Source: Antedon mediterranea
Taxonomy: Eukaryota > Animalia > Echinodermata
Length of the DNA stretch: 64,000 nt
Assembly (NCBI RefSeq): GCF_964355755.1
Contig: NC_092671.1
Coordinates: 33,490,304-33,554,303, forward strand
Reading direction: 5' to 3'
The notes under the pieces are model-generated. The model saw only the letters and a program-made list of their open reading frames with translations, was not told where the DNA came from and made no database searches. Positions 23,901 through 37,837 of the stretch are shown here, piece by piece. Both the position numbers and the translations under genes were made by a program. Each line of letters starts with the position of its first letter. The first letter of the stretch is position 1.

Positions 23901-24101
23901 GGCTTTAGATCACGTTCGCGTCAGTACGTACAGCATTAACGACTTTTCGTTTATACGACGCGCCACGCGAATACTTACTGACTTTAAGATTTGCGCATAG
24001 TTAAGCCACGTATAGCAGCGTGATAAGGAAACAGTGAGATGCGATTTATTAGCAGATGTGAAAAACGCTTTAGTTGGTACTTACTGTTGAGCAGTTGCCA
24101 T
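20946..24101 (-). CDS. Micro-exon gene copy A: 80-aa secreted prepropeptide
   Basis: Exons 24085-24101, 23745-23815, 23329-23361, 22112-22150, 21930-21956, 21391-21417, 20946-20974, all with GT-AG introns. Spliced product MATAQQRLQTLVVVFLVVFLLQPEFGQCQNDDCRHGLEGARCISAYNRIRRDISVDQIHQEQPGDRIIRSTRKGRKQRWG*. Exons and splice sites are conserved in the paralogous copies. Confidence 0.8.
21488..21678. mobile_element. PIF/Harbinger-like MITE in intron 5 of the micro-exon gene
   Basis: aagccttgttcgcactggac ... gtccagtgcgatcgaggctt inverted ends; shared with copies B and C. Confidence 0.55.
23470..23734. mobile_element. PIF/Harbinger-like MITE in intron 2 of the micro-exon gene
   Basis: aaaccgatttttcactaaacgaatttgttcgcgcgaatc ... 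gattagcgcgaacacatttgcctagagtgaaaatcggctt inverted ends; shared with copies B and C. Confidence 0.65.
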
Positions 24102-24151
24102 GATGGTTAGGATATCGAACGTCAGTTTATTACGAATGGTTCATGTATCCA

Positions 24152-24159
24152 CTTTATAA
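24152..24159 (-). promoter_or_regulatory. Candidate TATA box of micro-exon gene copy A
   Basis: Minus-strand TATAAAG about 55 nt upstream of the ATG; retained in copies B (about 48717-48723) and C (about 61888-61894). Confidence 0.5.
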
Positions 24160-24859
24160 ACTCTTTTATATCTAAACCGATGCAATAATATTAATAACAA
24201 TACTAGATATAAATATTCTAAATAGAATAGAATGATGGCTGACTTTAAAAAAATGTTAACATAACTATAAAAATCTATTTATCTAGAGTAGTTTACGATG
24301 TTCATTATTGTTGTTATTCGAATACCATTAAGTAAAACAATGTTTATACTTTTAAATATATTTAGTTTAAGTGTGCTTATTGTTTTTAGGCTATATGGTG
24401 TATGAAATAATAATGAAAATAACAGACACCTGCTGTAAGAAATATTTTCCAAACCATTCTTTAGAAAAATTGAGGAATTGTATTAAAATTGAATAGCTAT
24501 CATCACAATATAAATAAAGTTAGTGAGAAAATTAACAATTTTTCAATAATAATAATAATAATAGATATACATTATTATCCTGTATAAATATGTTGTTAAA
24601 CAAATAAATAAATAAATTATTTCAAATAGACTAAAATGACGGCTGACATTAAAAAAAATGGTATTGTTGTTATTCGAATACCATTAAGTAAAACAATGTT
24701 TATACTTTTAAATATATTTAGTTTAAGTGTGCTTATTGTTTTTATATTGTGTATGAAATGATAATGAAACTAACAGACACCTGCTGTAAGAAATGTTTTC
24801 CAAACCATTCTTTAGAAAAATTGAGGAATTGTATTAAAATTGAATAGCTATCATCATAA

Positions 24860-26542
24860 TCTATATATAAGTAATTGTTAATTCTGATATGGGCGAGCAC
24901 AATGGAAAAACTTCGGGACAAATCTCTGCCTTGGATACCTACCTGATCTATCGCAGATGTACCGCGAAATGTAAATTTGAAAACATCATATTGTATTATA
25001 TCTCTCTCTACGTTTTCCGTCTTCCGACATTACGCTTTCCACAATTTGTTTCTATTTTTTTTCTGTTTATGGCAGGATGGTTTGTTATTGTTTTAGTGTC
25101 TACATGTCCTTGTAAGTCTCTCTTTATTTGGTTCATGAAGTTTTTTCTTCGTCTTCCTACGAGTCGTTTAACTTTCCTGTTAGTTTCCTTCATTGTTTGT
25201 TTGATTGGGGTATCATCCGGTAATCTAATTATGTGTCCATATCATTTTAGTCTCTTTCGTTTTATTCTTTCACTCCATTCTTCTTGTTTTATTATCTCGT
25301 ATATTTTCATGTTACACATTCTATCTGTTAATTTAATATTTATCTTTTTTCGCAACATTTGATAACATTACTTTTCACTATTACGATATTTTTTCATATT
25401 TCTATCTTAGGAAGATATTATAAAGAGTTAAAAAAAAAATCTGATTTTATTGGTAGATTTTCAACTCAATTTCAATTGTACGCGGCCAAAGTAATTTCTG
25501 GGTTCAAGATGAGTTCACAAGTTTACCTTGCAACTACCTGGTTTCAACTAAGTTGGCTGTTAGTGGCTATAGCCATTTTAGTTTTTTGTTTATTTTCTGA
25601 TCGGACCGCCCGTGTGAAGATACAGTAGTTAAAAAACATTAAAATTATACTAAAATAATAAAGATAAAATTAAATATACGCCATAAAGCATCGGAATATA
25701 TTGTGGGGAATAGTGTTATAAAATTACATAGGGAGATCTGATGATAAGAAATTTTGTTTAAAATCCAGTGAAATACCGATAGCCGAGTTTTATTGAGTAA
25801 GCTGGCAGGAATAACTGTAGGCTATCTGTGTCCCTTTAGGACCGGGATGTCTGGCCATGTTGCAAGCCGTCTAAAACCTCTTCCTTCTTGGCCCGAAACG
25901 GCCCACTTTGTTTAAATCATTAGGATGGTATTTATTTAATAAACGCCTCCCCAATAAAACATCACTTCCCCATAAAACACCCCCCTCCCAACCCAACTAT
26001 ATAATAAACGCCCATCAACATTTATACACACAAGAAAAAGAAATCCTACCATACCTGTCTACACACAATTATTTGTAATAATTAGTCATTAGTTTGAGGT
26101 ACACACCTAATTGGTGACAGTGGCTTAGGCTGCTTTTGTGCTTTCCTGGCAGCTAGTTACTATGATTTTATATTTCTTCTTGCGTCGTGTTTGTTTAATT
26201 TGTTGATTTGTATTATATTTTGTAAAATGTATTTTTTGCCTGAATAAATAATAATAATAATAATAATAATAACAATAATATTGTATTACATTTATAATAA
26301 CACAATTATACTATTTGTAGTACAATTCATGTTATGAATGTTATTAATCATCTAAGACACTGTGGAACTGAGTAGGTTTAGTTTTACGAATGTCAGTCAT
26401 TTTCAATAATGGTACCGTAATCGACAGAAAAAATATAAGGAGAACGTCCTTCTAAAACCTTTTTACCTGAGTAATTATCATTCCGAGAACCATCTTCTAC
26501 ACTTCCTAGAGGAAGAGCGAGCGAAGCGAGCTCACCTTTTAG
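24860..26542 (+). mobile_element. Non-autonomous Helitron
   Basis: 5' TCTATATATAA; 3' hairpin gagcgagcgaagcgagctc then TTAG; inserted between A and T with no TSD. The flanks rebuild the empty site ctatcatca(c/t)aa|tataaataaagt seen at 24498-24520. Confidence 0.7.
24990..25530 (-). mobile_element. Degenerate RTE-like LINE 3' fragment inside the Helitron
   Basis: Minus-strand KRLK*YGHIIRLPDDTPIKQTMKETNRKVKRLVGRRRK resembles the RTE-clade RLRWxGHVxR...GRP motif. Confidence 0.6.
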
Positions 26543-26656
26543 TATAAATAAAGTATAATATATTTAATAATACTATTGGCCCAAATATCATTCACCACCT
26601 TTTGTTCGGTCGATATCTACGCCTTGCAGTATTTGATAAACGGTTTTGCAAATGTC

Positions 26657-28970
26657 CAATAGGGTTGGTGAAAACTGTTCATGATAGGTTACTTTTCTGT
26701 CCATAATAGGGACTAGAGGGCGCTCTTGTTTGTCCATAATAGGTAACTTTCATAATTGGCTGTCCAAAATAGGTGACTCTTTGTCCACAATAGGAGATTT
26801 TATTGGAGTAGTGCACCATCCATTGTGTTGTCCATAATAGGTGATTTTGTTGGCGTACTTGTACGTTCGTAGTTTATTTCGCGAGTAGACAGTTCGGACA
26901 GTTAGTAGGTTGGCTGTATAGTAGAACCAGAGCTATTGTTACTGTATGTTATTATGTCATCTATTTAAATCTCAATTGTTTTCCCATATTTTCTGCATGT
27001 ATTACAGATTGTGTACAGTGTATCTTCTGATCAATGTTATAGTACAGTAGCATGGACATTTCTATTAACTAGGGTAAGTAACAGATAGGCCCAACCTACA
27101 ATTCAAGAAAAATACTTTACATATAACCCACTAGACCTACATCTTTTAGGAGATTTTTCAATATGTTTGCAAAAGTAATCTCGAAAAGAAGGATACAATT
27201 TAGTCAAACATTTTCAGAGAGACAAACTGAATATTGTCATTACCATAGTAGAAAAACTTACTGACAGTACATGAAAATTAATTTTTAACATTCTGATTTG
27301 AAATGTTCTATTTATTTGAATTGCTAAGAAATTAAAAGTAGATATTTCTTTTTTATTTTCATTCATTATAAACATTACAATCACTGTACAAAGAATAGAT
27401 AAATCCACTAACAAATTCATGCAGAAAATACATAAAATTAAATTAAATGTTATATCAAAGCATTCATTCAATAAAGCCTTTATCTTTAAAACATTTAATA
27501 TCAGTTTTCATATAGTGAGTATGGTAATAATTGACTCTGACAACTGGTATAAACTTAAATTTAGTAAAAAAATCCTACATATCTTTTTTTAAATGCAATA
27601 AAATATTTAAACATAACTGTGTCCCACCATACAACATGAACAGTTGTCTCAGCATTAACAAGATTGAAGTTACTTGCATTATACAAAACTTAAACATTAT
27701 TATAGTATTTAAATATTTCCTTTTTTATTATAGGCATACAGATGTTTGATATTCTGCTCATATACAGTATGCTGCTGAAATGGAAAAGTACATCACTTCA
27801 ACATAATAACTTTAATCATATCATCGATCAATAATTATAGTAATAAACATAATAATTATGGTGTATTTTATTTATCTTTGCTATTTTTAAAATTGTAGTT
27901 TAACCATGTTTTTACACTTTGAAAATTAATATAATTCAGTATTTTATAATGTGATTTAGATTTTGAATAAACTGTTCTGAATACATGAATACAGAACAAA
28001 GGTGTTGATTGTACACTGCGTATATGTAAACTTGATTTATTGTCTATTTCTTATTATTAAACATTAAATTTGATTCATTTAATTAAACAACAATATAATA
28101 AATGGATGAGAAGTGCTGCTGTTGATCCACTTCAGACTGGGATGATTTGTCATTTGACTTGAGCTATGTGGATCCAGGATTTTGAAATAGGGAAGGACCT
28201 AAAATGGTGAAATGAAGTGCTGAACTGTGATGTCTTTTTCAATATTAAATTTTTATTATTACTGTTAACAAAACAAAATAAAGTCCAAAGAAAAAAAAAA
28301 TACAACTATTACATTGAAATACCAATGCATTAAAAATAACAGTTTACATTTTCATTATCTTAAAAAAATAAAACTTCTTCAATATTAGAGTATTATTATG
28401 GGGTATTTTTTATTTTTGTAAAAGAACAGGTGGGTTGGGTGATTTATTTAAACTTGCAATAGTATGGTAAGTTGCGCAATGTCTGTCCGTACTAACATTC
28501 AAAACCTAAAATTAAGTTCAAATTAAATTATTTGTTGTTGAATAAATCTCACATTTCATTATTAGTGGACAATAACAAATGGACTAGGCTAGTAGTACTA
28601 GTAGGCCTATAGAGGTAGCCTAACTAACAGGACTAGCCTAGGCCTAGGCTAGAGAGACTTAAATAAATATAGTTATACTAATTAGGCCTCCTAGGTAGCC
28701 TCGAAGTCTGAACAGAAAACAAATTAGTACTCGCGAAATAAACTACGTACGTACGAGTACGCCAAAAAAATCACCTATTATGGACAACACAATGGATGGC
28801 GCACTACTCCAATAAAATCTCCTATTGTGGACAAAAAGTCACTATTTTGGACAGCCAATTATGAAAGTTACCTAATATGGACAAACAACAGCGCCCTCTA
28901 GTCCCTATTATGGACAAAAAGTAAGCTATTATGGACACAAAAGTATGGACAGATTTCACCAACCCCGCTC
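26657..28970. mobile_element. Non-autonomous TIR DNA transposon (about 230-bp TIRs, 8-bp TSD; hAT- or P-like)
   Basis: TSD caaatgtc at 26649-26656 and 28971-28978; TIRs about 26657-26888 and 28728-28970 with repeated TGTCCATAATAGG; empty site gcaaatgtctatg at 38339; no transposase ORF. Confidence 0.8.
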
Positions 28971-29269
28971 CAAATGTCTATGTTCCCATAAACAAACAGA
29001 AGACATCTTCGATCGATGACAAACAATTTTGTGAAGGGAAGCGTAACCAACAGAAATAACATAGCATCCTCAGGGGATTTCCACCATGTTAATACTTATA
29101 CCCTGTTTTTTTTGGTCTTTTATTTCATTCTTTACAATTGTTACAATAATCTATATCAATTTTGTTTCAGTAGAAAAATATCTCTGCAGCCTAAAATTGT
29201 TTTTGTTTTTCTTATTTTGAGTATTTTACATATATAAAAAGTTAAAGCATTTAAAAATATACCACCAGT

Positions 29270-30145
29270 AAATAAAACTAGTAAAGTAAAAACCATACTA
29301 GAACACTAAGTATTGTGTCGTAATAATATTTTCTCGTGTTTTTAGCCTGTTATTGTTTAACAATTATAAATTTTTACATTGCTAAAATAATATTTTTTAC
29401 TTTTTCCCATTTTTTATGTTTTCCTCTCTTTTATACACTATATCACATTCTATTCTGAATACCTTGCTTAAAAGATTTCCATAAATTAAAATAACTTTAA
29501 TTTGTAACATCAGCCAGTATCTTTTGTTTATAAACCGTGAAAGCAGCAAATGTATATATACAATCAATAAAAATATTTCTTGTTCCAATTACCAGATTTT
29601 GAAAAGACATGTTTATATGATTGGTACCTTTTAAAACAATCTCTATTTTTGAATAAATTTACAAGTAAAAGGCATAGGCGCCTCATCTTGTACCTCTCCA
29701 CATCAACCACATATATTAGTATATTTTAGTTTCCAGATAAACAACCTTTTGTTGGTTGCTAACATTCTATTTAACAGTTTGTAATTAAAGTGTATTCATT
29801 TTTTATCTTTCATTTTACAAACTTTAGACAACCAACATGACTTCCAATCAATATTCAAATTATCAAAATATTTTTCCCATTTTCATTGACAAACCGGAGG
29901 GACAAAAATTTCCTCCACAAAACAGAGATAAATACTCTTTGTTGTAATGTCCTTATATCTATTCTTAATGACATTTTCTGTTATATTATAATAACAATTT
30001 TTCTCGTATTTGATTATAGTTTTCCATTGTATTGGTATCGCTTTTAATTATAATATACCCTGGTTTTTACTCATATTTTTTCTTTTCATTTTTAGGCGAT
30101 TAGAACAATTGTTTTAAGTCATACATTGGTGTATTTATTTTATTT
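29270..30145 (-). mobile_element. Possible highly decayed LINE (L1/Tx1-like) 3' fragment
   Basis: Broken minus-strand coding-like stretches. It abuts and truncates the Gypsy 5' LTR. The family assignment is weak. Confidence 0.25.
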
Positions 30146-31576
30146 TTTTGTGTTTGCTTATCGTAAATTGCCTCCTACTCCTCCACCCATATATATATAG
30201 GTATTTATTCATAAAAAAACACATAAATAGTACAAACAGAAGGCGACGGGATTATTTTTTGATCATCGACACATATAGAAAGACGTCGATTATACAGAAA
30301 ACAAGGCATGACGAAATTAGCAGCGCCAGCCAATTTTTAACTTTTCCCAACCGGCGGCATGGCCCGAGTGACGCCTCCGCTTTGAACGATATCGAACGGC
30401 TACAAAGCTACACAAGGAAGACGGCGATATACAAGTTAGTACCTTAATATATGCGATGGGGATGGAGGCTGAAACCATTTCAAATCTTTTACCTTCACCG
30501 AAGATGAGGAAAAACAAAATTACATTAAAGTAAGAGATAAATTTAACGAACATTTTATCCCCAAAATAAACGTGATTCACGAATGGGCAAAATTCTTCCA
30601 ACGACAGCAACATGAGGGAGAAACCGTCGAGGAGTACGTGCGTGAACTATATGATATGGCTGAAAAATGTGATTTTCAAAGCCCAGTGGTCAACAGCAAA
30701 AACATCAGAAATAGAATTGTCGTTGGTCTAAAAGACAAAAAGGTTTCAAAGGAACTTCAACTCATGACAAAGCTTACGCTTGAGGGCGCTCGCGATTTTA
30801 GTTAATCCAGCAAAGTCGAAGCAGATATTGCAAGCGTAGGACGTGGTAGACAAACCAGCAGATACAGACCTAGAGTAAGCGAACCTAGAATAAGTAATGA
30901 CAACACAAACTATTAATATAACCGTACTGGTGGAAGAAACACCCAACAATGTGGCCGGTGCGGATATGTACATCAAAGTACAACCTGCCCAGTGAAAAGT
31001 GCAGAATGCCGTCGCTGCAACAAAAAGGGACACTTTGCAAAATGTTGCCGCACTAAAGGAGTGGGGGAACTATCATTGACAGACGAACCTGAGGAGTTGT
31101 ACTTGTTAGATACTGTTACATGTAACGATAAAGATTCAAAATTGATTCAGGAGCTGATGCTACAATAATATCCGAACATGCATATAATCAGCTAAAGCCA
31201 AAACCGAAGTTAACTCCAACACACGTTATTCTCAAGAGCCTAACAACAAAATTAGTGTCACTAGGCAAGTTTACAGTCAAAACATGGTAGCCTATAACAA
31301 TGAAAATTACACATTTCATGCTCATGTGACTAGAGGAACTATGAGTAATCTATTGAGTCGCAACACGTCGTCAAAGATTGGGCTTATTACTGCTAATAGA
31401 GTACCATTGCCTGTACTGCCTAAGGTGGAAAAAGAGTTACAGAAAATGGAAGAAGCCGGTGTGATTGAAAAGGTTACTGAGCCCACAGAATGGTGTGCTC
31501 CGATGGCGGTAACTCTAAAAAAGTCTGGGGATGCTCGTCTATGCGTTGATTTACGCCAACTGAACAAATCCGTGCA

Positions 31577-34500
31577 GGTGATGGTGGCGCTGCCTCGTTA
31601 GCGACGTGTTTGCCCACACTCTGCATAAATGTTGTCTAAGTCGCTTTTTTGATTGATTTTTGATAATTGTTGATGTTTGACAAACTATATCTGTGACTTG
31701 TGTTTCTCTGTCTTGTGGATTTTTGTGATTTCTAGATGTGTTTAAGTGTAGTATCAAGGAGATTGGTGTACAGTCAGGCCCTAAAATCACTGCAGGTTAG
31801 CCCATTGTCTATCAAGAGGCCCGCTTTCGCGGATGATTTTCCGCGGGAATTGAAACCTGGGAAGCGGGGTAGGAGAGGCGGCGTTCGTCAAAGACTGAAG
31901 CGCAGAACCTTCAATCCACCGCTTCCTTCGATCATAATGTTCAATGCTCAATCTGTCAGGGAGAAGCTGGATGAACTTACGACTAAGGTATCTACCTTGA
32001 ATGACTACAGAGATGTAAGTTTAATGGTTGTTACAGAAACATGGTTCCAACCAAATAAGGACACTCAAAGTTACAGCCATATTGATGGTTTTACATGTGT
32101 ACGAGGAGATAGGACACCAGATGCGCTTAAGGAATGTGGGGGAGGGTGTATGCATTTATATAAATAACCGCTGGTGCTCTAATGTAAGCATTTTCAGACA
32201 ATACTGTTCACCGGATATCGAAGTACTTACGCTCTCTCTTAGGCCTTATTTTCTCCCAAGGGAATTTCCTAAGATTTTTATTACTGCCATATACATTACC
32301 ACCTCAGCAATTGTGAAAAACTCTGATAATTTACATGATCTAATAAGAGACATGGAAAATGACTCACCTCACGCGGTTATAATCATTGCAGGCGATAATC
32401 AGTGCGAACTAAATAAAGCAGTACCACACTACCACCAGTATGTAGACAAACCTACTAGAGGTGAGAACATTCTCGATAAATGCTATGGCAATGTTACTAA
32501 GGCTTATAAATGCATGATAAAACCAGGAATTGGCGCTTCTGACCATAAGTCTGTTCACCTGATGCCTAAATATGTTCAGAGAATAAAGGCAATTAAACCT
32601 ATTATCAGGTCTGTAAAAGAGTGGTCCTACGAAAACATTGAAAAGTTAAAAAGATGCTTTGAATCAACCGACTGGAATATTTTTATGGAAGGTGCTACAA
32701 TTCATGATGCGACAGACGCGATATCCGGATACGTTGATTTTTGTGTTGGAAGTATTAAGGAAAGGAAAATTAAGCTGTTCCCTAATAATAAACCTTGGTT
32801 AAATGGAAATATTAAGAAATTAGTGCAAAGAAAGCAAAAATGTGCTAACCACGATGAAAGGAGAAAAATACAGAAGGAATTAAAAAAAGAAGTAGCTCGC
32901 AGTAAGAAACAGTATGGAAAAAAAGTGGAGGCAAAGTTTAAGTCTGGAAACAGCAAGCAGGTATGGAATAGTATGCTCAACATGACAGGTTATGGAAATA
33001 AGATGCGTAATAATATTAAAGCAGGAAATGGCAAAAATGGCGAGCGAGTTAAACTCTTTCTACACTCGGTTTGACGACAAGGACTTTAGTGCAAAAAGAT
33101 CTCAAACTGTTAACGAGATAGTAGACAACCCTGTGGTGGTTGACACATCTGATGTCAAGTTTATGTTTGGGAAAATTAACATCAAGAAAGCAGTAGGGCC
33201 GGATAAAGTCAGTGGAAAGGTGCTAAAAGAGTGCAATGAGCAACTCTCGCAAGTGTTTTCGTCGTTGTTCACTGCGTACATTTGAAATTCCTAGAATCTG
33301 GAAAAAATCCTTAATTCACCCCCTGTCAAAGAATAATAAACCTGAAGCTCTCAATGACTATAAGCCCATTGCCATAACTGCTGTACCTATGAAATGTTTC
33401 GAAAAATTAATTAAGAATGAGATTTTAAGTAAGACTGAGAGTCTTTTGGATCCCTGTCAATTTGCCTACCGTTCCAAAATGGGTGTAGAAGATGCAGTTA
33501 CAACTTTATTACATAAAATACTTGATCATGTTGACAGGCCAAATTCGTATGCCAGAGTTTTATTCTTAGATTTTTCATCCGCTTTTAATACTTTGCAACC
33601 TCATATTTTAATGGAGAAAATGAATGTCTTGGGTATAAATCCAGCTACTATTTTATGGATCAATGATTTTTTTAAAGATAGGGAACAATCCGTCTGTTTT
33701 AATGATAATATTTCAGAAAAACTTATGTGCAATACTGGTGCACCACATGGTTGTGTTTTATCTCATATTTAATTTTTTTTATATACTAATGATTTTAAAT
33801 GTTCAAATGATCTAGTTTTAACCAAATGCTTTACTGTGAAATACGCTGATGACACCGGTCTAGTTGGTCTGATAAAACATGATGACCCTAAGTCATATTT
33901 TGATAATCTCAGTTATTTTTCTACTTGGTGTTCTAATAACTATCTAAAATTAAAGAAATGATCATTGATTTTAGAAAAGGTACGGTAACAAAACACATGA
34001 TAAGCTATGTATATTAAACGATGAAGTGGAAGTTGGGAGTAACTTTAAGTGTGTAGGCACAGTAATCGATGATAAACTTAATTGGAAGGAAAACACTAAG
34101 TTAGTTACCACAAATTGTTATAAACGACTGTACTTTTTGAGAAGATTGAAGAAATTTAATGTGTTCAATAGGATCTTGACTTTATTTTATGAATCTATTA
34201 TTATATCTGTTTTAACTTTTAATGCCATAGTTTGGTTCAACAATTTAAACCAGCAATGCATGAAAAAAGTACAAAGAATAAGTAAATCTGCCAAAAAGAT
34301 AATAGGAAACGATATTAAGAAATCAGATGAAGTTGTTAACAACGCACTTACAAATAAACTTAAAGTTATTATGTCAGATGTTAGCCACCCCCTTAACCAG
34401 TACATTACGTTAAGCCGGTTTGGGCGCATTACATATCCTCGCTGGAACATATACGGCTTTACCACGTTGAAATACCGGTTCTCGTCAGATCACCGAAGTT

Positions 34501-35095
34501 AAGCGACGTTGGGCCTGGTTAGAGCTTGGATGGGAGACCATCTGGGAATAACGGGTGCTGTATACGGAGCTTGGGTCCCGTTAGGCATTTGAAATCAGCA
34601 CTGCTGACTCTTATGGCAGCCCCTGCATCTAGTATCTGCCTCAGACCTCTGGTCAAGGTGGCACTGGACGAGAGAAGCCCTTGATCAATGTTAGGACCAA
34701 TCAAGGTGCTTTAAACAGTCCTGGCTTTGTTTATATCAAACCTGTTAGTGGCGGTAATTATCGCTGTTGGTTTCGATTAAATAAAATAAATAAAAAATAA
34801 CTGAACGCCCACGTAGATCCTTTCTCCCATCTGCTATGAGGTATTTTAATTTAAGGTGGAAACGATAACTGCAATAAGTATCTTAAATCTGTATGTTTAA
34901 CTCAATTTGTACTTTTTGTGTCCTCTTTTAACTTTTTTATATAACATCTTGTTCTCTGTTTTATGTGATTTTATTCTTTTTTACTGTTTGTGCGACAATG
35001 TTTTTAGACAATTTAATGTGTGTACTTTCAGTCAAAGTTTCAAGCCATTTATGAGTTTGACAATAAAGTTTATTGAATTGAATTGAATTGAATTG
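31577..35095 (+). mobile_element. Full-length Rex1/Babar-clade LINE (APE + RT), frameshifted
   Basis: KRGRRGGVRQRLKRR..PPLPSIIMFNAQS start, TETW, LRPYFLPREF, SDH, FLDFSSAFNT, KYADD; (AATTG)n tail at 35073-35095; splits the Gypsy RT frame. Confidence 0.9.
34449..34799 (+). mobile_element. 5S rRNA-derived SINE (SINE3-type)
   Basis: 34449-34565 is a diverged 5S rRNA (tacggctttaccacgttgaa...gggcctggttagagcttggatgggagacc..ctgggaata.cgggtgctgta) with box C intact, followed by an unrelated body of about 215 bp and an A-rich tail. It interrupts the LINE C-terminus (GRITYPR | TERPRRSFLP). Confidence 0.85.
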
Positions 35096-37837
35096 AGAGA
35101 GATATATTCTTCCAACGATAGATGATATAACACAAAAGTTGGCGGGCACCACAGTATTCTCAGCGTTAGATGCAACTAGTGGCTATTATCAGGTTCCGTT
35201 ATGCAAAGAGAGTTCAAAACTCACAACGTTCATAACACCAATGGGACGATATCTTTTTAGACGACTGCCCTTTGGCATAACAAGTGCTAGCGAAATATTT
35301 CAAAGAAAGATACAGGATGCTACAGAACGTCGAAGGCATTGTTGTAGTGCAAGATGACATATTTATATCTGGACGCACAATGACTGAACACGACAAAAGG
35401 TTACAGCAAGTTTACAAATGAGTTAATGAGGCTGGGCTTAAATTAAATAAAACCAAGTGCCAAATCCGACAAAAAGAACTTATATACATGGGTGAGAAAT
35501 TCACCGCAGCAGGCACAAGCGTAGAGCCAAACAAGACAACAGCTATCTGCACACCAACAACCAACAAATGTCAGCGAACTGATAGGTATACTTGGTATGG
35601 TTAACTACGTGGGTCGCTACATTCCTAATCTATCTGACGTAGCCAGACCTATGACAGAATTGTTAAAAGACTCAAACGCATGGACATGAGGTCAAGTACA
35701 GGATTTACACAAATCAAGAAACTGATGACAGAACCGACAGACACTAACGTATTATGACTCAACTAAACCAATCACCGTGTAAGCAGATGCTAACAGCTTC
35801 GGACTGGGAGCAGTCTTAGTGCAAGAAGAGGAAACAAATTAAAAGTGATAGCACATGCATCTCGCACATTGACTGAGGATGAACGCAGATACGCTCAAAT
35901 AGAAAAGGAACTATTAGCATCAGTATGGGCTAGTGAACGATTTCATCGGTATCTCTGTGGACTAGACAAATATGAGCTACTTACCGACCACAAACCACTA
36001 GTCCCACTCATCAACAGTACTGATCTTGATAAAATTCCCATAAGATGTCAATGACTAATCATGAGGCTAATGAGATACAACCCCAAAGCAAAACACGTAC
36101 CTTGGAAGGATATGGTTATTGCAGACACGTTGTCCAGAAGCCCTATAAACACAAATGAATCAAACACAGAGCAAGCTGTAGCACACTATCTAGAGTCAAT
36201 AACAAACACCTGGTCAGTCTCTCCATCAAGACTTAAGCGGATAAAGGAAGCAACTAAACGTGAATGCCAAACGCTCATGAAAGACATATTAGAAGGATGG
36301 CCAAAGCATTTCAGTGACCTTCCTGATAGCATAAAACCATTGTATAGTTTAGGAAGTCACTTCTCTACTGATGATGGAATTATAACCGTTCATGATAAGA
36401 TATACATCTCCACTGTTATGATAAGGGAAGTTTTACAGAGAATTCATGAGGGACACCAAGGTGTTAAAAAATGTAGAGAGTGGGCAAAATCATGTGTTTG
36501 GTGGAATGGCCTCAGCAAGGACATAGCTAACTTTTTTGAAAAATGTAGTCACTGTCAACTCTACGAGAGAACACAGAAGAAAGAGCCAATAATAACAACA
36601 CCACTACCGGACCGACCCTGGCAACGAATAGCTACCGACCTATGTGAGTTCCAAAACAACCACTACCTTATAATATCCGATTACTTTTCAAGATATATTG
36701 AAATCACAAACCTTAAAAAAGACACAACAAGCATGAGAGAAGTAGAAGCGATTAAAACTGTTTGCGCTAAATTAAGATAAGATAACTTTTATTGATCCTC
36801 AAAAAGGAAATTCATTGCTCGTCATAATAACAAAGAAAACACTAGATGGGGAATCCATGAAACGGTCATCTCCGGACAATGGACCCCAGTTCACTTCATG
36901 TCAGTTTAAACTATTTGCAGAATAATTTGGGTTTCACCATGTAACAACCAGCCCACACTTCGCACAAGCAAATGGTAGAGCAGAGCGTGCAGTCCAAACA
37001 GCGAAAACTATGCTAAGACAAACAGACCCAACGTTGACACTTATGATATATCGATCAACGCCCATCGAAGCAACAGGCTATAGCCCTGCACAATTGATAA
37101 TGGGACGCCAACCAAAGACGACACTACCAATACATGTAAAGAAGCTTCAACCAGAATTGCCTAGCATAAACAAATTAAAAGAAAAAGATAGAGAAACGTT
37201 ACGAGCACTTTTACAACAAACGATACGGTGCCAAATCACTACCAGAATTGAAACCAAGTGACGTTGTACGTGTTAAGACATGCCACGATGAAATTTGGTC
37301 GAGTCCAGTAAATGTTGTAAGTGAAACAGATCAGCCAATATCCTACATTGTCCAGACCGCAAGCGGACAACTAAGGAGAAATCGTCAAAACTTACAGCAA
37401 AACACAGGTCACACTGACACTGAACAATATCAAAACCGTATTCCAGAAACCAACAATACTACAACCGACGTAGCATCACCACGACCAAACCAGAGCTACA
37501 GAACTCCCGCTAGACGACGAGTGAAGTCAGTCAACAAACTTGACTTGTGAACTTTTACACACAAAATATGTTGTGCAACGTTGTGCACCTTAATCGTTTA
37601 AGATGGAACTTGTTATTTTGAACTTTCGGACATTGTTTATTTGTTAATGTTTCTGTGGCTCATGATTAATGACAATGCTATTGTTTCGATAAATAAGACC
37701 AACAATACAGTATCAATACTTTAATGCATTTATTACTAATTAGCATAATAATATAGCACAACCACTGACTTAATAATATTTAATGATTTATTCTATAATT
37801 AATAATATTCTGTTCTTTGAACTCAAAGTAAGGAAGA

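Noticed and set aside
34449-34565. Functional 5S rRNA gene
   Set aside because: It is diverged, has no T-run terminator after the 5S part, continues into a body and A-tail, and sits inside a LINE.
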